Part shown: piece by piece, positions 16,518-20,000 of the stretch
How the letters are laid out: each line of letters opens with the position of its first letter
Position numbering within the stretch: position 1 is the first letter of the stretch
IMG/VR virus record: IMGVR_UViG_3300010412_000006
Source: an uncultured virus (IMG/VR IMGVR_UViG_3300010412_000006)
Taxonomy: Duplodnaviria > Heunggongvirae > Uroviricota > Caudoviricetes
DNA: 20,000 nt
Direction: 5' to 3' (one strand)
The notes under the pieces: model-generated
The model's database searches: none
What the model was told of the DNA's origin: nothing
The model's input: only the letters and a program-made list of their open reading frames with translations
Position numbers and translations under genes: made by a program

Positions 16518-18140
16518 ATGGAAATGAGAAAAATAAGGGTTATCGAAAACAACAAATCCATTGGCGTGCAACTTAATAATGCGACGGTCTACATGCAAAT
16601 CCTTCCGAGGATAAAGGCCGACAAGACGCTGTTCGACCATTTTGCCGGGTCGTTTGCCGCGAAGGATGAACTCGACGCCAATAACGGCGGCAAGTGCAAG
16701 TCATGCCAACTGAACAAGACAAAGGAAGTCCTGCTTGCATTCATAGCCGATTTCAAGAATTGTCCCGAGGATAAAAGGGCTTCCGTGACAAAGCTTCTTG
16801 GCAACAAGGAGTGGATATCGCACGGCGGCAATTGGATAAATTTCGTGACGAATGAAATTGAAGAGATAATATACGGAGAGAAGAGCATTCCTCACGTCGT
16901 TCCCGCGAAGAAGGAGGAAACGCAAAAAAAAACTGATGGCACCCCCCCTGTCGCCACAACGGTAGACCGGCCGGTGAATGAAATTCAGCAGGCTAAGGAG
17001 CCGGTCGAACCAATGACAGAAGCGCCTCCTCCGGCCCCCGTTCGGCAACCAGTGACTATCCCCGACCCCCCTGTCGAAAGGCAGGAGACACACATCGTCG
17101 TGCCTGACCGCAATGACGGAAAGAGAAAGCTTATTTTCAAGAATTTCCAGGCTCCTGGGGATATAGTCATGATGACTGCCGCAATAAGGGACCTTCATAT
17201 GAATTTCCCGAACAAGTACATTACGGACGTCAGGACGAATTCGATGCCCATATGGGAATCGAACAGGTATATCACGAAGCTCAACGAGAACGATCCTGAT
17301 GTTGAGGTTCACAATCTGGAATATAATCTGATACACCAGAGCAATCAGGGCCCGTTCCATTTTTCGGAGGGCTTCACGGAGCATCTCGAGGAAATTCTTG
17401 GAGTCAGGATACGGAGAAGGATAGGTCGAGGCCACATAGAGATCGGCAAGGACGAAGACGGCTGGGGTCGAACAGAGAGGGAATCTTGGTTCGGAGAATA
17501 CGGATACAGTTCGGAAACTCAGTACTGGATCCTCAACGCCGGATACAAGAATGACTTCACGTGCAAGATGTGGCCCAAGGAGAGGTATCAGCAGATAGTC
17601 GATCATTATCGCGGCAAGATACTGTTCGTGCAGATCGGCCATGCGTCCCACAACCATCCCGATCTTGACGGAGTGGTCAATCTGATCGGAAAGACCGACG
17701 ACAGGCAACTCATACGACTCGTATGGGCATCTAGCGGCGTCATAACGCCGTGCAGCTATCCGATGACTTTGGCGGCTTCCGTTCCCGTCAGGGCCGGGGC
17801 CTGCAACGGCAGGAAGAACCGTCCGTGCGTCGTCATAGCAGGCGGTCGTGAGCCTTCCGGATGGCAGGCATATACGGAGCATCAGTTCATACATACGTGC
17901 GGCATGCTTCCATGCTGTGACAGTGGCGGTTGCTGGGCAAGCAGGGTTAAGCCGATCGGAGATGGAGACGATAAGGACATAAGAAACATGTGTCGCCATG
18001 TCGTCACTCTGAATAACAATGAGGAGATTCCTTATTGCATGGATATGATAACTGCAGACGAAGTCATTCGTCGAGTCGACATGTACTATTCATTCTATGA
18101 GGCTGGAAGGAAGAAGACCCACAGCTATAACCAGAGGTGA
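16518..18140 (+). CDS. Glycosyltransferase family 9 (heptosyltransferase-like, GT-B) with an extra N-terminal CxxC domain and a Pro-rich linker
   Basis: The GT9 domain starts at about 17120: KLIFKNFQAPGDIVMMTAAIRDLH, IWESNRYI, KMWPKERYQQIV, FVQIG, NLIGKTDDRQLIRLV, PCVVIAGG, CMDMITADEV. N-terminal KCKSC, then a PAPVRQP linker. Confidence 0.85.
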   Translation: MEMRKIRVIENNKSIGVQLNNATVYMQILPRIKADKTLFDHFAGSFAAKDELDANNGGKCKSCQLNKTKEVLLAFIADFKNCPEDKRASVTKLLGNKEWISHGGNWINFVTNEIEEIIYGEKSIPHVVPAKKEETQKKTDGTPPVATTVDRPVNEIQQAKEPVEPMTEAPPPAPVRQPVTIPDPPVERQETHIVVPDRNDGKRKLIFKNFQAPGDIVMMTAAIRDLHMNFPNKYITDVRTNSMPIWESNRYITKLNENDPDVEVHNLEYNLIHQSNQGPFHFSEGFTEHLEEILGVRIRRRIGRGHIEIGKDEDGWGRTERESWFGEYGYSSETQYWILNAGYKNDFTCKMWPKERYQQIVDHYRGKILFVQIGHASHNHPDLDGVVNLIGKTDDRQLIRLVWASSGVITPCSYPMTLAASVPVRAGACNGRKNRPCVVIAGGREPSGWQAYTEHQFIHTCGMLPCCDSGGCWASRVKPIGDGDDKDIRNMCRHVVTLNNNEEIPYCMDMITADEVIRRVDMYYSFYEAGRKKTHSYNQR

Positions 18141-18144
18141 TGAA

Positions 18145-19260
18145 ATGAAGAAGTATGCCTTTTTTCTGAGTCTCACCGACAATTATACATTCTTGTTCAA
18201 TGCCTTTCTGAACAGCGTAGAGCTATTTGGGACGGGAGAGTATGCTGACGTGGTGGTCATACACGACGATAGCATAAAGGACGACTACAAGGACTTTATC
18301 GCAAAGAAGACAGCTTCGATGAAGACCGACGTGAGATTTATTCCCATCGTATCCCTTCCCGAAGACAGTTCTCTTGGGAAGGTCATGAGGGTTAAGTACT
18401 ATAGGTACAAGATAATGGCGGAAGAGGGTCAGAACTATGATTCCATATGCTTCATAGACACCGATATATATCTTGCGTCCGACGTTCATGAATATTTTGA
18501 GATAGCCGCCAAGACAGATATTTTTGTCGGTGTGAACGACAATGTCACCAGACACTATAAGAAAAACGCTGGGCAGGGGACGTGTCCGATGCACGTGGTC
18601 AACGGACAGCCTTCTGAGCCGTTTTTCGACAGCGAGATATGGGACGGAAAGTTCATATGCAATACCCCCATGTTTATCGACATGGCCAAATACGGAGAGG
18701 TTTTCTTGGATGTCTTCGCCCACAGGGGCAAGATCGGCATGGACAATACTTTTCCGTTCACGGGCGATCTGGACACCATGAACATAATCCTCAACAAGCA
18801 CCGCATCAAGAACAACCTTTTGGTTCTGGCCTCGCATCTGTGGACGAATGTCCATCACTCCATATACCGCACGTCGCTGTTGTGCAAACATGTCGCAATA
18901 GGAAACCACATAAGGCTTTCCGACGACGGCTACAACAACAAGATACTCTTCATGTCCGAAACTCATGAGCACGTCAGGTCCTTTCATGGAAGGGACTGGG
19001 CGAGCAAAAAGAGCGCCGACCACCAGAAGGGCCACAACATACCAAAGCTTCTAAAGCAGATGGAGGGCGAGTACGGCGAAATGTCCATAAAGAGAAGGGA
19101 GGCCGTATTCAATGACGTCCAGGCGTATTTTCTGTTCCTCCAGTTTTACTGTTCTATATCCATAGAAGACCTTCATGAAGTGATTCCGGTGAGGGAGATG
19201 GATTATCTGGTGGAGATGAGAGACCAAATGATCGGAAAAATAAGGAGCTTCATGGCATGA
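18145..19260 (+). CDS. GT-A fold glycosyltransferase, family 8-like
   Basis: Start at ATG 18145 after a GAGGTGA RBS. Motifs TDNY...FLNSV, KYYRY...YDSICFIDTDIYL (DxD at 18457-18465), GDLDTMNIIL (DQD.LN-like) and C-terminal SFHG..W. Confidence 0.75.
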   Translation: MKKYAFFLSLTDNYTFLFNAFLNSVELFGTGEYADVVVIHDDSIKDDYKDFIAKKTASMKTDVRFIPIVSLPEDSSLGKVMRVKYYRYKIMAEEGQNYDSICFIDTDIYLASDVHEYFEIAAKTDIFVGVNDNVTRHYKKNAGQGTCPMHVVNGQPSEPFFDSEIWDGKFICNTPMFIDMAKYGEVFLDVFAHRGKIGMDNTFPFTGDLDTMNIILNKHRIKNNLLVLASHLWTNVHHSIYRTSLLCKHVAIGNHIRLSDDGYNNKILFMSETHEHVRSFHGRDWASKKSADHQKGHNIPKLLKQMEGEYGEMSIKRREAVFNDVQAYFLFLQFYCSISIEDLHEVIPVREMDYLVEMRDQMIGKIRSFMA

Positions 19261-19889
19261 AGAACGACTTTCGACTACCAAAGGGATATGCTTATGAGGG
19301 GCCTTTCATAAAGCAGGTCGAGCACGAGGATTTCGACTATACCGTAGACTACAAGGCACGTCAGAGCACGAACGTGGAGATGTCCTATCTGCGACTCGGA
19401 TGGCTGTCCGCAAGCATTCCATACGAGAAGATGTCGAAGATGCGTGTCGTTGACATAGGCAGCGGCAACGGGATGTTCGTCAGCTGTGCCAGAAATGTCT
19501 TTTCGGAAGTTTATGGGTATGACCTGTGCGGCGAATCCATAACCGAGAAAGATCTGAAGGAAACGTCATGGGATCTTGTCGTCATGAGTGACGTTCTCGA
19601 GCACTACGAGGACATAAATGATTTTCTTCTGCTGAAATGGGAATATGCCATGGTGTCTTTTCCGGAAACACCAAAGTGCAATTCTTTCGAAGAGCTGAGG
19701 CAATGGCGTCATTTTAAGCCCAATGAGCATTTGTACTATCTCGATTTGAAGGGAATGAAGCAGTGGTTGTCGAATACTGAACCTAGCATAGAGATCGTAA
19801 ACCACGGTCATTTTGAGGATCACATACGAAGTCGTTGGGATGAAGACCTTCCGAACATAACGACGGTCCTCTTACGCAGGAAACAATAG
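19257..19889 (+). CDS. Class I SAM-dependent methyltransferase (type often found in glycan biosynthesis clusters)
   Basis: Motif I VVDIGSGNG, acidic YGYD, WDLVVMSDVLEH, and HFKPNEHLYY. ATGA overlap with the GT8-like gene. Confidence 0.85.
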   Translation: MKNDFRLPKGYAYEGPFIKQVEHEDFDYTVDYKARQSTNVEMSYLRLGWLSASIPYEKMSKMRVVDIGSGNGMFVSCARNVFSEVYGYDLCGESITEKDLKETSWDLVVMSDVLEHYEDINDFLLLKWEYAMVSFPETPKCNSFEELRQWRHFKPNEHLYYLDLKGMKQWLSNTEPSIEIVNHGHFEDHIRSRWDEDLPNITTVLLRRKQ

Positions 19890-20000
19890 CCATAGGCCAG
19901 ACATGACTTCATTCTTCTCCATGTCAAGTGGGTTCGATGGCAGGAGAGTACTTCCCCTGTCGTCTTCGTGTTCTCTTTCCATGGGAAACGTGGAAAGCAA
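19872..20000 (-). CDS. Possible 3' end of a convergent minus-strand gene, truncated by the window edge
   Basis: The minus frame is open from 20000 to TAA at 19874-19872 (LLSTFPMEREHEDDRGSTLLPSNPLDMEKNEVMSGLWLLFPA*), with codons like those of the other genes. It overlaps the MTase 3' end by 18 nt. Too short to be sure. Confidence 0.4.
   Translation of the reverse strand: MLSTFPMEREHEDDRGSTLLPSNPLDMEKNEVMSGLWLLFPA

Noticed and set aside
1..20000. tRNA, rRNA, integrase or transposase genes
   Set aside because: The only sizeable intergenic gaps (3292-3412 and 15277-15389) are AT-rich with no cloverleaf features, and no recombinase or transposase motifs were recognised.

Overview
A gene-dense window, almost entirely on the + strand and in the standard genetic code. 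It looks like part of a large tailed dsDNA virus (jumbo-phage-like) genome: it carries a large terminase, shows bacterial-type Shine-Dalgarno sites, and has no housekeeping genes. From left to right: the 3' end of a probable GT9 glycosyltransferase; a 431-aa unknown protein; the large terminase; a block of unknown and enzyme-fusion genes (PDZ-less trypsin-like serine protease, an HExxH metallopeptidase-like domain fused to a non-canonical class II CCA/poly(A)-type nucleotidyltransferase, a winged-helix-like protein, a DUF192 + WYL-like fusion); a 1616-aa Ser/Cys-rich repeat protein (probable surface or fibre protein with a GDPH motif and nested modules); a small Cys-rich partner; and, after an AT-rich promoter-like gap, a sulfotransferase - GT9 - GT8 - SAM methyltransferase operon. 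The three most interesting signals are a virus-encoded sulfated/methylated glycan cassette next to a mucin-like protein, a peptidase-nucleotidyltransferase fusion lacking the EDxxR template motif, and a recurrent basic-x-A/S motif at domain boundaries that may mark maturation cleavage sites. All family calls come from motif recognition by eye; no database search was run.
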